Made by a program: the position numbers and the translations under genes
Assembly: GCA_038747195.1 (NCBI GenBank)
Contig: JBCDKA010000001.1
Coordinates: 139,220-203,219 of the forward strand
From: Pseudomonadota bacterium
Lineage (GTDB): Bacteria; Pseudomonadota; Gammaproteobacteria; Xanthomonadales; SZUA-38
Length of the DNA: 64,000 nt
Reading direction: 5' to 3'
Shown here: positions 39,669 through 50,900 of the stretch, in pieces
Numbering within the stretch: the first letter of the stretch is position 1
Layout of the letters: every line of letters begins with the position of its first letter
The notes under the pieces: model-generated
Seen by the model: the letters and a program-made list of their open reading frames with translations, nothing else
Database searches by the model: none
Told to the model about the DNA's origin: nothing

Positions 39669-40589
39669 ATGAGGGAGGTGATTGAGCGGCTGACGGTTCC
39701 GGCAATAGCGGCGCCGATGTTTCTGGTCTCTGGACCTGAGCTGGTTCAGGCGACCTGCGAGGCCGGTGTGATCGGGGCGTTTCCGTTTCCCAACGCCCGT
39801 ACGATAGACACCCTGGACGAATGGCTCGGTCGGCTCAGCCACGCGCGGTCGCGCCACCCTGATTCAGCGCCGTTCGCGGCTAACATCACCACACACCGCT
39901 CTTACGACAGGCTGAATTCGGAAATTGATCTGATCAGCCGACACAAACCGCCGATCGTAATTACCGCTCTGGGCAGTCCAGAGCCGGTGGTCGACACGGT
40001 GCACGGCTATGGCGGTACGGTAATCGCTGATGTGAACTCGGTGAGCCTCGCACGTAAGGCTGTCGCCAAAGGCGCTGATGGGCTCGCGCTCGTGTCGGCG
40101 GGCGCCGGTGGACATACTGGCTTTCTCACGGGCTTTTCGTTTGTCAGCGAGGTCCGGCGGTTTTTCGACGGGCTGGTGGTGCTGGCGGGAGGTATCGGAA
40201 CCGGTCAGGCCATCCGGGCTGCTCAGGCGCTTGGCGCTGACCTTTGCTACATGGGGACGCGGTTTATCGTGGCTGAGGAAAGCCTGGCCAGCGACGAGTA
40301 TCGGGACATGGTGGTGGCCGCAACGGCGGAGGATCTCGTGCTCAGCGACAAGCTGACCGGAGCGCCGGCCTACTATCTGCGCGCCAGTCTCGAAAAGATG
40401 GGGCTGGATCCGAATAATCCGGGGCAGCGGTCCGGTATGGACCTGTCAGACTCTCAGGGCCAGATCAAAGCCTGGAAGCACGTATGGTCGGCGGGCCACG
40501 GGGTAGGGTCGATTCACCGGCGTCAGTCGGCCGCGGAGATTGTGGCCGAGCTGCGGCAGCAGTATGACGAAGCTCGCGCCGTCCGCTAA
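39669..40589 (+). CDS. Nitronate monooxygenase/FabK-like flavoprotein
   Basis: AAPMFLVSGPEL, ITALG, GAGGHTG, LAGGI, YMGTRFI, WSAGHGV. Confidence 0.9.
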   Translation: MREVIERLTVPAIAAPMFLVSGPELVQATCEAGVIGAFPFPNARTIDTLDEWLGRLSHARSRHPDSAPFAANITTHRSYDRLNSEIDLISRHKPPIVITALGSPEPVVDTVHGYGGTVIADVNSVSLARKAVAKGADGLALVSAGAGGHTGFLTGFSFVSEVRRFFDGLVVLAGGIGTGQAIRAAQALGADLCYMGTRFIVAEESLASDEYRDMVVAATAEDLVLSDKLTGAPAYYLRASLEKMGLDPNNPGQRSGMDLSDSQGQIKAWKHVWSAGHGVGSIHRRQSAAEIVAELRQQYDEARAVR

Positions 40590-40595
40590 AGTCGG

Positions 40596-42023
40596 CTAGC
40601 TGCCGGCCATCTCCTGGCTGTTGGCCCAGGTGCCGTGAAATCCTAGCGGCACCCGCTGCGGGAGGTGCACCCGGGCTACCGGCCCGGCCGCCATGTCTTT
40701 GGCGTCAAGGACGAGCAGCGCTGAGGTGTCATCCACTGTGTTGGTCACGATGCTGACGACATAGCCGTCGTCTTCGGCGGCAGCGTTTTTTCGCGGTGCG
40801 AAGGCAGGCTCCGAGCCATAGCAGTTCAGCGGAAAACGGTAGGTCTCGCCGGTCTTGGTTTCAAAATCAAACTTCATTACGCCGTCAAAAATCTGGGTGC
40901 TGGTGTCGGGGATCGTCGCCAGGTAGCTATAGCGGCTAGCCTTGCCGGTGTGCCCAAGGTTAATGACCGGAAACTCACTGACCGTATCGTCGAGCTGGGT
41001 CTCGCGGGTTTCGCCGGTCTTCATGTTCATGCGCCACATGTAGATATGTGCGCGAAGAGCGAGCACGTCCACCATCCCGGCATACGGGCCAAATCGATCG
41101 TCCAGTGGCCGACCGTTGTCGAGAAATCGGCATGCGGTCATAACCACCTCGTCGCCTTCCTCCCAGGCGTTGATCACGTGGTAGATGTAGCAGGACTCGA
41201 ACTCAAACCAGCGAATTTCGCCGCCACCGCCGTTTCGCGGCAGCACGCCGAAGCGGGTGTTGAGCTTCGGATCAAAATGAATGTTCCATCGTTTGGCCTT
41301 CAGGGCCTTGTCGGTAAGGACCACCGGCAGATCCATCAGCACCGCGTAGTTCTCGGTGATCGCCATGTCGTGGGGCAGACGGGGACCGGGCAGCTCGATA
41401 TCCGTGAAGTGGGTAAGCCGGTTGTCGCTCGAGACTACGCCAAAGCTGTAACGCGGTTCGAACAGCTGGTAGTCGAAAAACAGAAACTCGCCCGTGGCGG
41501 GATCCACCTTCGAGTGGGCCGACACGTTTTTGGGCAGTTTGCCGCCGAAGGTTTCGGTCCGGATGGTGTCCAGCGTGCGGGCATTCAGCCGCACCGGCTG
41601 ACCGCTCACGTACCAGAGCGCCATCAGTTCGCCGTTGTGAACGAGGATGTCGGTGTTAGCCGTGTCCTTATAGGTGGTCGGTGACCCGTCGGATGTGGCC
41701 GGGTACATGATCCCGCCTTTCTCCAGGTGGCCGGTCCGATCGGCTTCAAAGTCCGCGCTCACCACGTAGCGGTTGACGTAGCGGGCCTGTCCGTTCTCCA
41801 GATAGACACCGTGCACCATACCGTCGCCATCAAACCAGTGATGCATACCGCTCGGCATCGCGAGGGGGTTGGGCCCGTTGCGGAAGTAAGCACCCGCAAA
41901 ATCTGTCGGGAGCTCCCCGGTCACCCGGAGTTCGCTGATATCGAGCTCGCGCTCAACGGGGCGGTAGGGTCCCTGGAGGTAAGGGTTGTAGCTGTTCAGG
42001 TCCAAAGCGGGCTGACTGGCCAT
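40596..42023 (-). CDS. Carotenoid/stilbene cleavage oxygenase (RPE65/CCO family)
   Basis: NPYL, YFRNGPNP, HWFDGDGMVH; four iron-ligand His (SAHSK, LPHDM, IYHVIN, GFHG); EFPVIN, EDDGY; AGGAG RBS. Confidence 0.93.
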   Translation of the reverse strand: MASQPALDLNSYNPYLQGPYRPVERELDISELRVTGELPTDFAGAYFRNGPNPLAMPSGMHHWFDGDGMVHGVYLENGQARYVNRYVVSADFEADRTGHLEKGGIMYPATSDGSPTTYKDTANTDILVHNGELMALWYVSGQPVRLNARTLDTIRTETFGGKLPKNVSAHSKVDPATGEFLFFDYQLFEPRYSFGVVSSDNRLTHFTDIELPGPRLPHDMAITENYAVLMDLPVVLTDKALKAKRWNIHFDPKLNTRFGVLPRNGGGGEIRWFEFESCYIYHVINAWEEGDEVVMTACRFLDNGRPLDDRFGPYAGMVDVLALRAHIYMWRMNMKTGETRETQLDDTVSEFPVINLGHTGKASRYSYLATIPDTSTQIFDGVMKFDFETKTGETYRFPLNCYGSEPAFAPRKNAAAEDDGYVVSIVTNTVDDTSALLVLDAKDMAAGPVARVHLPQRVPLGFHGTWANSQEMAGS

Positions 42024-42172
42024 GAGGTGAACTCCTGGATAACGACCAATGTTTTGCCCGATTATGTCGTAACTTGCATAAACAAACCAACTTCCCCTAG
42101 CATCCAGGGCAATGGGTTGGGCACTGACGCTGTATTCGGCGGATCTGACCCTGCACAACCGAGGAGAGCAGC

Positions 42173-43870
42173 GTGGCCACACCGTATTTCGACCAACACC
42201 AACACACGCTGGCCGCGGCGATTGCGGCCTGTGAGAGTCGGGAATACTGGAGCCCCTTTGTCGAATCGCCCAGCGCGCGTCTGCATCCCGACGGTGCACC
42301 GGAGGCCGGAAAAGCCGCCTTTGAGGCCATGCTTGGCCAACCTTTTGAGCTGGACCAGCCCGGAGAGATTGGGCGCACCGGCGCCGAAATCTCTCCCTAT
42401 ACGCAGCAGCCCCTGGGTATCAGCTATCCAAAGTGCGATGTAGAAGCACTTTACGCTGCGGCCCAGACAGCGTTGAAAGCCTGGAAGAAAGTGCCCTGGC
42501 AGGAGCGAGCCGGCCTTTGCCTGGAGATGGCTTTCGCGCTGGAGAAACAGGCGTTTGCCAACGCCCACGCCACGATGCACACAGCGGGGCAAGGTTTTCT
42601 TATGGCGTTTTCCGGCAGCGGCGCCAACGCGCTGGATCGTGGCGTCGAGGCCGTTGCTTACGCGGCCAAGGCGCTGCAGGAAGTCAGGCCGACCGCGCGC
42701 TGGAGCAAATCGTTCGGTCGGGCCGGCGAGGTCACCTTAAGCAAGACTTATCGAACCGTACCGCGTGGCGTGGCCGCTGTCGTCTGCTGCGCAACTTTCC
42801 CCTTGTGGAACGCCTATCCCGCGCTATTTGCCAATCTTGTGACGGCTAATCCTGCGATCCTCAAACCCCACCCCAACGGCATTTTGCCTGTCGCAATGGC
42901 GGTGAGGGTGTGCCGCGAAGTGCTGGCACAGGCCGGTCATGACCCGAATCTGGTGCTGATGGCGGCCGATACCGCCGACGATCCGATCACAATTGAGCTC
43001 CTGGAGCACCCCGCTTGCGCCATCGTCGACTACACGGGGTCGCAGCGCTTCGGACACTGGATCGAAGAAAACTGCCGGCATGCGCAGGTGTTCACCGAAA
43101 CCGCGGGCTGCAACGGCGTCGTCGTAGAGTCCACCGACAATCTGGATGGGCTGATCAACGGCCTGGCCAACGGGTTCTGCGGGTTTTCGGCCCAGATGTG
43201 CACCAGCCCACAGAACGTTCATGTGCCGGCAACCGGGATCGAGAGTGACCAGGGGCACCTGACCTTTGAGGACTTCGGTCAGCGGCTGATCGCAGCGATC
43301 CGGAATCGGACCGAAGACCCGCTTCACGCGTCCCGCCTGTGCGCCGCAATCCAGGCTGACCAGTCCCTGAACGTGCTCGAGTCCGTGGCGGCTGGCGTGC
43401 AGCAGGCCGGTGGTGCGATCGGACTGCCAAGTCGTCCGTACGTTCACCCCGACTTTCCCGATGCCCGCACCGCAACGCCGCTGGTTTGTCTGGTGACGCC
43501 GGCGCAGCGAGCGTTGTATCAAGAGGAGCACTTCGCGCCGGTGGCGTTTCTCATCGAGGAGCCGGATGCGGAGTCAGCGCTTACACACGCGGCAGACAAC
43601 GCGCAGCGGTTCGGTGCCATCAGCTCCTATGCGTACAGCGCAAATCCGGCGTTTCTGGCGCAGGCGCAGGAGGCATTTGCAGACGCCGGTGCGTCGCTCT
43701 GGTGCAACATGACCGCGCCGATGCCCATCAACTTTGCCGCCGCCTACAGCGATTACCACGTGACGGGACTCAATCCGGCGGGCAACGCTTGCCTGACCGA
43801 TCTGGCGTTTGTGGCCGATCGGTTTCGAATCATTCAGTTTCGCGAGCCGGTAGATCCGGCGGCGGCGTGA
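42173..43870 (+). CDS. paaN: PaaN-like aldehyde dehydrogenase-fold protein
   Basis: EISPY..LGISYP, MHTAGQGFLMAF, CATFPLWNAYPALFA, ILKPHP, YTGS, QMCTSPQN, AAYSDYHVTGLNPAGNA; GAGGAG RBS, GTG start. Confidence 0.85.
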   Translation: MATPYFDQHQHTLAAAIAACESREYWSPFVESPSARLHPDGAPEAGKAAFEAMLGQPFELDQPGEIGRTGAEISPYTQQPLGISYPKCDVEALYAAAQTALKAWKKVPWQERAGLCLEMAFALEKQAFANAHATMHTAGQGFLMAFSGSGANALDRGVEAVAYAAKALQEVRPTARWSKSFGRAGEVTLSKTYRTVPRGVAAVVCCATFPLWNAYPALFANLVTANPAILKPHPNGILPVAMAVRVCREVLAQAGHDPNLVLMAADTADDPITIELLEHPACAIVDYTGSQRFGHWIEENCRHAQVFTETAGCNGVVVESTDNLDGLINGLANGFCGFSAQMCTSPQNVHVPATGIESDQGHLTFEDFGQRLIAAIRNRTEDPLHASRLCAAIQADQSLNVLESVAAGVQQAGGAIGLPSRPYVHPDFPDARTATPLVCLVTPAQRALYQEEHFAPVAFLIEEPDAESALTHAADNAQRFGAISSYAYSANPAFLAQAQEAFADAGASLWCNMTAPMPINFAAAYSDYHVTGLNPAGNACLTDLAFVADRFRIIQFREPVDPAAA

Positions 43871-43894
43871 TGGCGCCACAATGAGGACCCTTCC

Positions 43895-45121
43895 GTGACC
43901 CACACCTATATCTATGACGCTTTGCGTACCCCGCGCGGCAAAGGCACAGCGCCCCGGGAAGGTAAGGCCGGCGGTGCGCTTGCTAGCGTTCCGCCGCAGC
44001 ATCTCGTCTCGCAGCTGGTCGATGCCCTGGCGGAGCGCCATGGTGAAGACGCTTTGGTGAACGTCGCGCGGCTGCTGTTGGGGTGCGTTGGGCAGGTGGG
44101 TTCCCAGGGTGGTCACCTGGCGCTGGTGTCTCGTATCGCCTCGAATCTGCCTGAGACCGTTGTGCCCAAGACCCTCAATAATTACTGCGTTTCCGGCATG
44201 ACCGCCGTGATTGAAGCGGCGCTCCGATCGCAAGCTGGTGATGCCGGGCTCAGTCTGGCGGGCGGCGTCGAGATGCTCTCGCAGGTCCCGTTCCAGGCAG
44301 ACAAAGCGTCCTACTATGCCGATCCTGCCACCAGCGCCCAGCTCAACTGGGTGGCGCCGATCATGGGCGCTGAGCTTATCGCCACCGAAGAAGGTTTTAC
44401 GAAAGCTGACCTGGATCGCTTAACGCTCCGATCTCATCAGCGGGCCGCCGCGGCCTGGGAGGCCGGCAAGTATGGCGCCAGCGTGATTCCCGTTCGCGAC
44501 CGAGACGGCGCAACGCTGCTGGCGCATGACGAGCTGGTCCGTCCGGGCCTCAGTGCTGAGCAGCTGGAGTCGATGCCGCCGGCCTTCGCTGAGCTTGGCC
44601 AGGCGGGGCAGGATCAGCGCGTGCTGGACCATCGGCCGCACCTGTCGGCCATCGACCACGTCCACTCGATCGCCAATTGCCCAGGCATGGCGGACGGCGC
44701 CGCACTGGTCCTGACCGGATCTGCCGAGGCCGGGGAGAGTGCGGGCCTGAGGCCAAGGGCTCGGGTGCTGGCGGTCGCAGAGACCGCCGGCGATCCGGTC
44801 CTGCAGTTCGGCGCCGGCTTCGCCGCGATGGAGCGGGCGTTGGAAAGTGCGGGGCTCGAGCTGGCGCAGCTCGATCGGATTGAGTTTATGGAAGCGTTCG
44901 CCGCGGTGCCGCTGCGCTTTGAGAGCCGCTTCGACGTCTATCCTGAGCGGGTGAACGTCAGTGGTGGACACCTGGCCATGGGGCACCCGATGGGCGCCAC
45001 CGGAGCGATCCTCCTATGTACCTTGCTTAACGAACTTGAGCAAAGTGATACCTCTCTAGGCATGGCGGTGGCGCTGGCCGGTGGCGGACTTGGCACGGCC
45101 ATGATCATCGAGCGCGTGTAG
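43895..45121 (+). CDS. Thiolase-family protein with atypical active-site motifs
   Basis: DALRTPRG, NNYCVSG, GGVE, DGAA, MEAFA, GHPMGATG, C-terminal LAGGGLG..IIERV. Confidence 0.9.
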   Translation: MTHTYIYDALRTPRGKGTAPREGKAGGALASVPPQHLVSQLVDALAERHGEDALVNVARLLLGCVGQVGSQGGHLALVSRIASNLPETVVPKTLNNYCVSGMTAVIEAALRSQAGDAGLSLAGGVEMLSQVPFQADKASYYADPATSAQLNWVAPIMGAELIATEEGFTKADLDRLTLRSHQRAAAAWEAGKYGASVIPVRDRDGATLLAHDELVRPGLSAEQLESMPPAFAELGQAGQDQRVLDHRPHLSAIDHVHSIANCPGMADGAALVLTGSAEAGESAGLRPRARVLAVAETAGDPVLQFGAGFAAMERALESAGLELAQLDRIEFMEAFAAVPLRFESRFDVYPERVNVSGGHLAMGHPMGATGAILLCTLLNELEQSDTSLGMAVALAGGGLGTAMIIERV

Positions 45122-45157
45122 GGTGATTAAAGCGCGTCGCCGAATGCATCGACCGGT

Positions 45158-46138
45158 GTGCGAAACCGGTTAGTGTCCGATCCAGAGACTCAGCAAAGCC
45201 GGTCTATCTGGCGTGCCCTGGATCTGCTCGGTGACTGGGCAACGCTGCTTATCCTGGAAAGCTACTGGCTTGGCGCCCGTCGTTTCGGGCACATGCAGCG
45301 GCTGACCGGCCTGCCCAGAACGGTGCTCAGCAGTCGGCTGAAAACACTGCTGGGCGCGGAGCTACTCCAGCGTCGCGCCTATTCGTCCCGTCCTCCTCGG
45401 AGCGAATATCGAGGGACCAAGAAACTGATGGACCTGTTCCCGGCTGCGCTGGCGATGTACCAGTGGGAAGAACGCTGGGGTCGAAAAGACAGCAAGTTCA
45501 CCATCGTGCTCAAACACAGGTCTTGCGGCGAGTCGATGGCGCCCATAGCGGTCTGTGGACACTGCCGCGAAGACCTCGACCCAAGGGCCTGCGCGTGGAA
45601 GGAGGGTCCGGGTGCTGAGTTTATGCAAAGCGGGTACACCCGGCGACGGCGGCGCCGCGCCGAGACGACAGTACGGAGCGGCCTGCTCGATACGTGTTTC
45701 CAGGTTATCGGCGATCGCTGGTCGGGCCTGGTCCTGCACAGCATTTTCAGCGGTATCAATCGCTACGACGATCTGCTTGGAGCTACCCATGCGGCAAGTA
45801 ATATCCTCTCAGATCGACTGAAGTGGTTATGCCAATCGAAGATCCTCTGCCGCCAGGCATATCAGCACGCACCCGCTCGCTACGCCTACCGGCTGACCGC
45901 CAGAGGACGGGATCTCTACCCAATCCTGGTGGCGCTGCTGACCTGGGGTAACCGCTGGTACCCGGTAGCCCAGGGCGCGCCGATTCTGCTATCTCATCAA
46001 TCGTGCATTCAGCCGCTGAAGCTCGCTTTTGTCTGCTCGGCATGCCGACGGCCACTCGAGCTGGGTGCGATCGAAGCTACCATTTCCATCGATTCACCTT
46101 CCGCGGAACGGGTACTCTCAGCTTCGCTTATCCCCTGA
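45158..46138 (+). CDS. Tandem (double) HxlR-family winged-helix regulator
   Basis: Two HxlR units: SIWRALDLLGDW..RRF..LSSRL..EY and QVIGDRW..RYDD..LSDRL..YRLT..GRDLYP; each followed by H..C...C..C; start approximate. Confidence 0.88.
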   Translation: MRNRLVSDPETQQSRSIWRALDLLGDWATLLILESYWLGARRFGHMQRLTGLPRTVLSSRLKTLLGAELLQRRAYSSRPPRSEYRGTKKLMDLFPAALAMYQWEERWGRKDSKFTIVLKHRSCGESMAPIAVCGHCREDLDPRACAWKEGPGAEFMQSGYTRRRRRRAETTVRSGLLDTCFQVIGDRWSGLVLHSIFSGINRYDDLLGATHAASNILSDRLKWLCQSKILCRQAYQHAPARYAYRLTARGRDLYPILVALLTWGNRWYPVAQGAPILLSHQSCIQPLKLAFVCSACRRPLELGAIEATISIDSPSAERVLSASLIP

Positions 46139-46261
46139 CTGCGGCTACCGGGAAAGTCTCTCGATTGCCCCGGCCATCTTCGTACTCTACCGTGGTGTTG
46201 CTGTTTTTCGAATGGAACAACAGCAAAAATCGCAATAATCAAGTGGAAGGGAGAAACAACG

Positions 46262-46714
46262 ATGAAAAAAATAAAGGTCCTCAGTGCTGCTACGCTGTGC
46301 CTGTTTGCAGCGAGCGCGTTAGCCGATCTCACGCCTTGGACAGACTATGAGCCAAGTCAGGAGGTCTACATGATGACCACCATCAGGGTCGATTCGAATA
46401 TGGAAGACGCATACCTCGAGGGCTTGAAAAAGACCTGGGTGCCGGGCCAGGAGGCCGCCAAGGAAATTGGTCAAATAAAAGACTACAGCATCTACCGCAG
46501 CCAGCTGTCAGAGGCTGGCGATTTCAATCTGGTCCTGGTGGTTGCGCTCAACAGCGCTGACGATATGCAGCCGACCAAGGAACGGTACGATGCGCTGATG
46601 AAAAAGATGGGCGAGACGTTTGCTGAAGAGTCCACTGAATACGCGCAGAAAAACTACCCGGCGATGCGAACCATTACCGGTAACTACATGATGCGCAAGA
46701 TCGAGATGAAGTAG
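46262..46714 (+). CDS. Secreted hypothetical protein
   Basis: GGAG RBS; signal peptide ending ASALA; followed by a terminator. Confidence 0.8.
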   Translation: MKKIKVLSAATLCLFAASALADLTPWTDYEPSQEVYMMTTIRVDSNMEDAYLEGLKKTWVPGQEAAKEIGQIKDYSIYRSQLSEAGDFNLVLVVALNSADDMQPTKERYDALMKKMGETFAEESTEYAQKNYPAMRTITGNYMMRKIEMK

Positions 46715-46738
46715 CGCTTCACTCTACGTGATACCAGC

Positions 46739-46768
46739 AAAGGCCCCAGAAATGGGGCCTTTCTTTTT
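46739..46768 (+). terminator. Intrinsic terminator
   Basis: AAAGGCCCCA-GAAA-TGGGGCCTTT hairpin followed by CTTTTT, 24 nt after the stop codon. Confidence 0.85.
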
Positions 46769-46906
46769 CGTCTGCAAGAAGAGTTCTCTACCTGGTTCGC
46801 AATTATTCGCCGGTGGTCACAGAAGCGTTGTAAGGCCATGGATCTAGACGCGCCCTTCGCGCCCGGACCGATACGTTCCACCGCTGCGTCGTATATAGTG
46901 ACCGCC

Positions 46907-47995
46907 ATGTTCAGGACCACATCCCTTCAAGGCCTCCGATTACGGACCGTCGGCAGCGCGCTGTCGGCCGCTTTGGTCCTGTGTCTGCTGACGGGTTGCT
47001 CTGATCCGGACATCGACGCAACCACCGCTGCCGATCGGCGTGAACGGAGCGTCCCCGTGCGTCTCGAGCCGGTGCAGTTTCAGCCGCGGCGCACGCGTCT
47101 GGACGTGGTCGGTACGTCGCGGGCCGTCCGCTCGGTTGACATCTACCCGGAAGCGGCGGGTGCGGTCGAGACCCTGGACTTCGCGCCCGGAGAGCGTGTC
47201 AGCGCGGGCCAGCTGCTTGTGCAGCTTGAGCAACGCGATGAACAGCTGGCCGTCGAACTGGCACGGGTAACGCTGAAGGATGCTAGGAGGCTGCTCGAGC
47301 GTTATCAGGGTGCCCAGGATTCGGGGGCGGTGCTTCCGACCACCTTCGACGCCGCACAAACCGCGGTCACCGCAGCAGAGATTGCGCTGGAACGAGCGGA
47401 GGTTGCGCTGCGGCGCCGGGTGATACGCGCGCCATTTGCCGGTGTGGTCAGCTTGACGGACGTCGAGCCTGGCGACCGGGTCAATCCAGATACCCTGGTC
47501 ACCACGCTCGATGATCGAGGCACGCTGCTGGTTCGCTTCGACGTACCCGAACAGCTGGTCGGTCAGCTTGCCACCGGCGATCCGGTGAAGGTTCGCACGT
47601 TCACCGGCGCGTCAGAGCTCACGGCCAGAGTGGTGGAGCTAGGGAGTCGGGTCAACGAGGTGACGCGATCACTCAGCGTCCAGGCCAGGCTCGACAACAG
47701 CGCTGACCTGCTGCGTCCCGGCATGAGTTTTACGGTGGCGGTGGAGTCCGCTGAGGGACGCTACGCGCGAATCCCGGAGGTTGCGCTGCGGTGGGGTGCG
47801 GAAGGTGCCTACGTCTGGCGCGACAGCGAGGGGCTGGCGGAGCGCGTCGAAGCGCAGGTCATTCAGCGCGAGGAAGGCTGGGTGTTAGTTGATGCGCCGC
47901 TGCGCGGTACCGATCAGATCATCGTTGAAGGGGTACAGCGGGTACGAGAGGGCAGCAAGCTCGCCGGCCCTGGATCCGGCGCACCGGCTAGCTGA
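46907..47995 (+). CDS. RND efflux periplasmic adaptor (membrane fusion protein)
   Basis: LTGC lipobox-like segment; GERVSAGQLLVQL, IRAPFAGVV, LRPGM, IIVEG; start approximate. Confidence 0.9.
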   Translation: MFRTTSLQGLRLRTVGSALSAALVLCLLTGCSDPDIDATTAADRRERSVPVRLEPVQFQPRRTRLDVVGTSRAVRSVDIYPEAAGAVETLDFAPGERVSAGQLLVQLEQRDEQLAVELARVTLKDARRLLERYQGAQDSGAVLPTTFDAAQTAVTAAEIALERAEVALRRRVIRAPFAGVVSLTDVEPGDRVNPDTLVTTLDDRGTLLVRFDVPEQLVGQLATGDPVKVRTFTGASELTARVVELGSRVNEVTRSLSVQARLDNSADLLRPGMSFTVAVESAEGRYARIPEVALRWGAEGAYVWRDSEGLAERVEAQVIQREEGWVLVDAPLRGTDQIIVEGVQRVREGSKLAGPGSGAPAS

Positions 47996-47996
47996 G

Positions 47997-50900
47997 ATGG
48001 TCGATCTTAAGAGCACCACAGGCGATCTGCCCAGCCTGGCGATCAGGCGACCGGTGCTGGTCCTGGTCGCGAACCTGCTGATTGTTATCGCCGGCCTGGC
48101 GGCCCTCGGAGCGGTTGAGATACGCGAGCTTCCTAACGTGGATCGGCCCGTGGTCAGCGTCCGCGCCGAGTTTCCTGGGGCATCCCCTGAGACCATGGAT
48201 GCCGAAGTGACCAGAATTCTCGAAGGCGCCGTGGCACGGGTGTCAGGCCTGTATCGGCTTCGATCGGCCTCCGAGGAAAACTCCGCCCGAATCTTTGCGG
48301 AATTCAATCCGGGTGTGGACCTCGACGCGGCCGCCGCCGAAGTGCGTGAAGCGGTCAGCCGAGTCAGTCGTCAGCTGCCGGATCGCGTGGAAAACGTCTT
48401 CGTTGTTAAGGCTGACCAGGACGCGCAGCCGGTGATCACGGTCGCTGCAACCAGTGAGACGCTCAGCGATGACGCGCTGGCTCGGGTTGTTGAGCAGGAC
48501 GTGATTCCCGAGCTGATTTCCATCGACGGCGTGGCCGACGTCACGGTGTCAGGCAGTCGCCGGCGCCAGCTTCGGGTGGTGGTCGACCCGCTCCGCCTGA
48601 CCAGCTTTAACCTCTCGATGAATGACGTAGAGGAGGTCCTGCGCGAAGCGCCGTTCGACGTACCTGCCGGGAGCCTGCGTTCGGACGTCCAGGAGCTGCT
48701 GGTACGGGCCAACGCGTCGGTAACGACGGCTCAGCAGGTCCGGGAGCTCATGCTTACACCACAGGTGAGACTCGACGACGTGGCCAACGTGTATTTTGGG
48801 CCGGCGGACGCCAACCAGTACTCTCGTCTGAACGGCCTGTCGGTCATCGGCCTTGGCGTCATTCGACAGGCGGGCTCTAACACCATCAGCATCGCCGAGG
48901 CGGTGCGCAGCCGAAGCGTGCAGCTCGAACGCCAGTTCAAAGATCTTTCGCTGGCGGTTACCGACGACAGTTCGACCTTTATCGTGAAGTCGATTCGCGA
49001 GCTGCTGATCTCCATGGCGCTGACCGTGTCGATTGTGATCTCCACCATCTGGATCTTTCTGGGCTCGGCCCGGGCAACCCTGGTGCCCGCCGTCACGATA
49101 CCGGTTGCCCTGATCGGTACCCTCGCGGCGATCTGGCTCGGTGGATTTTCGGTGAACAACCTGACGCTGCTGGCGTTGCTGCTCGCTACGGGGTTAGTCG
49201 TCGATGATGCCATTGTGGTGCTGGAGAACATTCAGCGGAAGGCCAGTCAGGGCATGGGCGCGCGCGCCGCGGCGGTGATCGGCACCCGGCAGGTCTATTT
49301 TGCCGTGATCGCCACTAGTGCAGTGCTGATATCGGTCTTCATCCCCATCGCCTTCCTGCCCGGCACCGCCGGCGGCTTGTTCCGCGAGTTCGGCTTCGTG
49401 CTCGCCGTGGCGGTGGCCATCTCGAGCTTTGTTGCGCTGTCACTCGTGCCTGCCATGGCTTCCCGGCTGGCTTCGACTCGATCCGCATCCCCGGATTCCG
49501 CGGATAATTCCAAGAAGCGCGGCGGGCTGCTGCTGTCCGTCGGCTCGTTGCTGAAGACGTTTTATCTGGGGACATTGTCCGCGGCGCTGGCGCGGCCGCT
49601 GCTGGCGCTGCTGCTGGCGCTGGGCACCGCCGCGGGTGCCGCGGCTTTGTACCCGCTGCTCGATAAGGAGCTGCTGCCGAACGAGGATCGCGGTTTGGTT
49701 CGGGTAAGGGCCAGCGGTCCAGACGGCGTTGGCCTCGGCTATATCGAGGGTCAGACCCAGCTGATCGAGCGAATCCTGGAGCCCTATCGCGAGAGCGGCG
49801 AGGTCACGGACATCTTCACCGTCGTCGGTACCTGGGACCCCCATCGCAGTGGCGTGACGCTGCCGCTGGCCGACTGGAGTCGACGTGAACGCAGCCAGGG
49901 TGAAATCATCCGGGAGCTCCGCGGCAAACTCGACAACCTGCCCGGTGCGCGGGTCTCGGTTTATGGCGACAACAGTCTCAATCTCCGCGGCCAGGGCGGG
50001 GGACTTGAGTTCGCTGTCACCGGCAGTGACTATGAAGAGATCTTTGAGGGGGCCAAGCTGCTGGCCGCCGCCATCACCGAACAGTCGACGCTTGTACGAA
50101 ACCCCGACATCGGCTTTGCGCCGACCCAACCGCAGCTGGCCATCCAGATCGACCGCCAGCGCGCCAGCGAACTGGGCGTGGAGCTGGCCGGGCTGGCCAG
50201 CACGCTGACGGCCGCCATCGATGGCGTTGAGGTGGTTGATCTGAACATCGACGACGAGGCGGTGCCGCTGCTACTGGAGGCGTCAATCAACCAGATTAAC
50301 GATCCAACGGACCTGATGAGCCTGCATGTGAGCACGGGCGATGGTCAGCTGGTGCCGCTGACAAGTTTGGTAACGGTTACCGAGACCGGCGTCGCCACCC
50401 AGCTCGACCGGCATGGCCAGCGTCGGGCGATCGAAGTGGACGTTGATCTGGCGGCCGGCGTGCCGCTCGCCGACGCGGTGGCCGATATCGAGCGGCTTGC
50501 GGCGCAGGCGTTGCCGGCGGGACTCAACCTGATGTTCCGCGGTGAGGCTGCCACATTAGAAGAATCGACGCGCGGGGTTGCGGTGATTTACGGCGTTGCG
50601 CTCCTGGTGGTGTTCCTGGTGCTCTGCGCGCAATTTGAGGGGTTTATGAGCGCCACAGTTGTGACGCTGACCGTGCCGCTTGGTGTGGCCGCCGCGCTCG
50701 CGGCGCTTTTCCTGACCGGCACATCCATCAATATCTATTCTCAGGTCGGCCTGATTCTGCTGATCGGGCTCATGGCAAAAAACGGCATTTTGGTGGTGGA
50801 GTTTGCCGACCAGCTCCGCGATCGCGGCATGGCGGTCAAGGAAGCCATCGCGTTGAGTGCCGAGGTTCGCATGCGCCCAGTGGCCATGACCATCGTGTCT

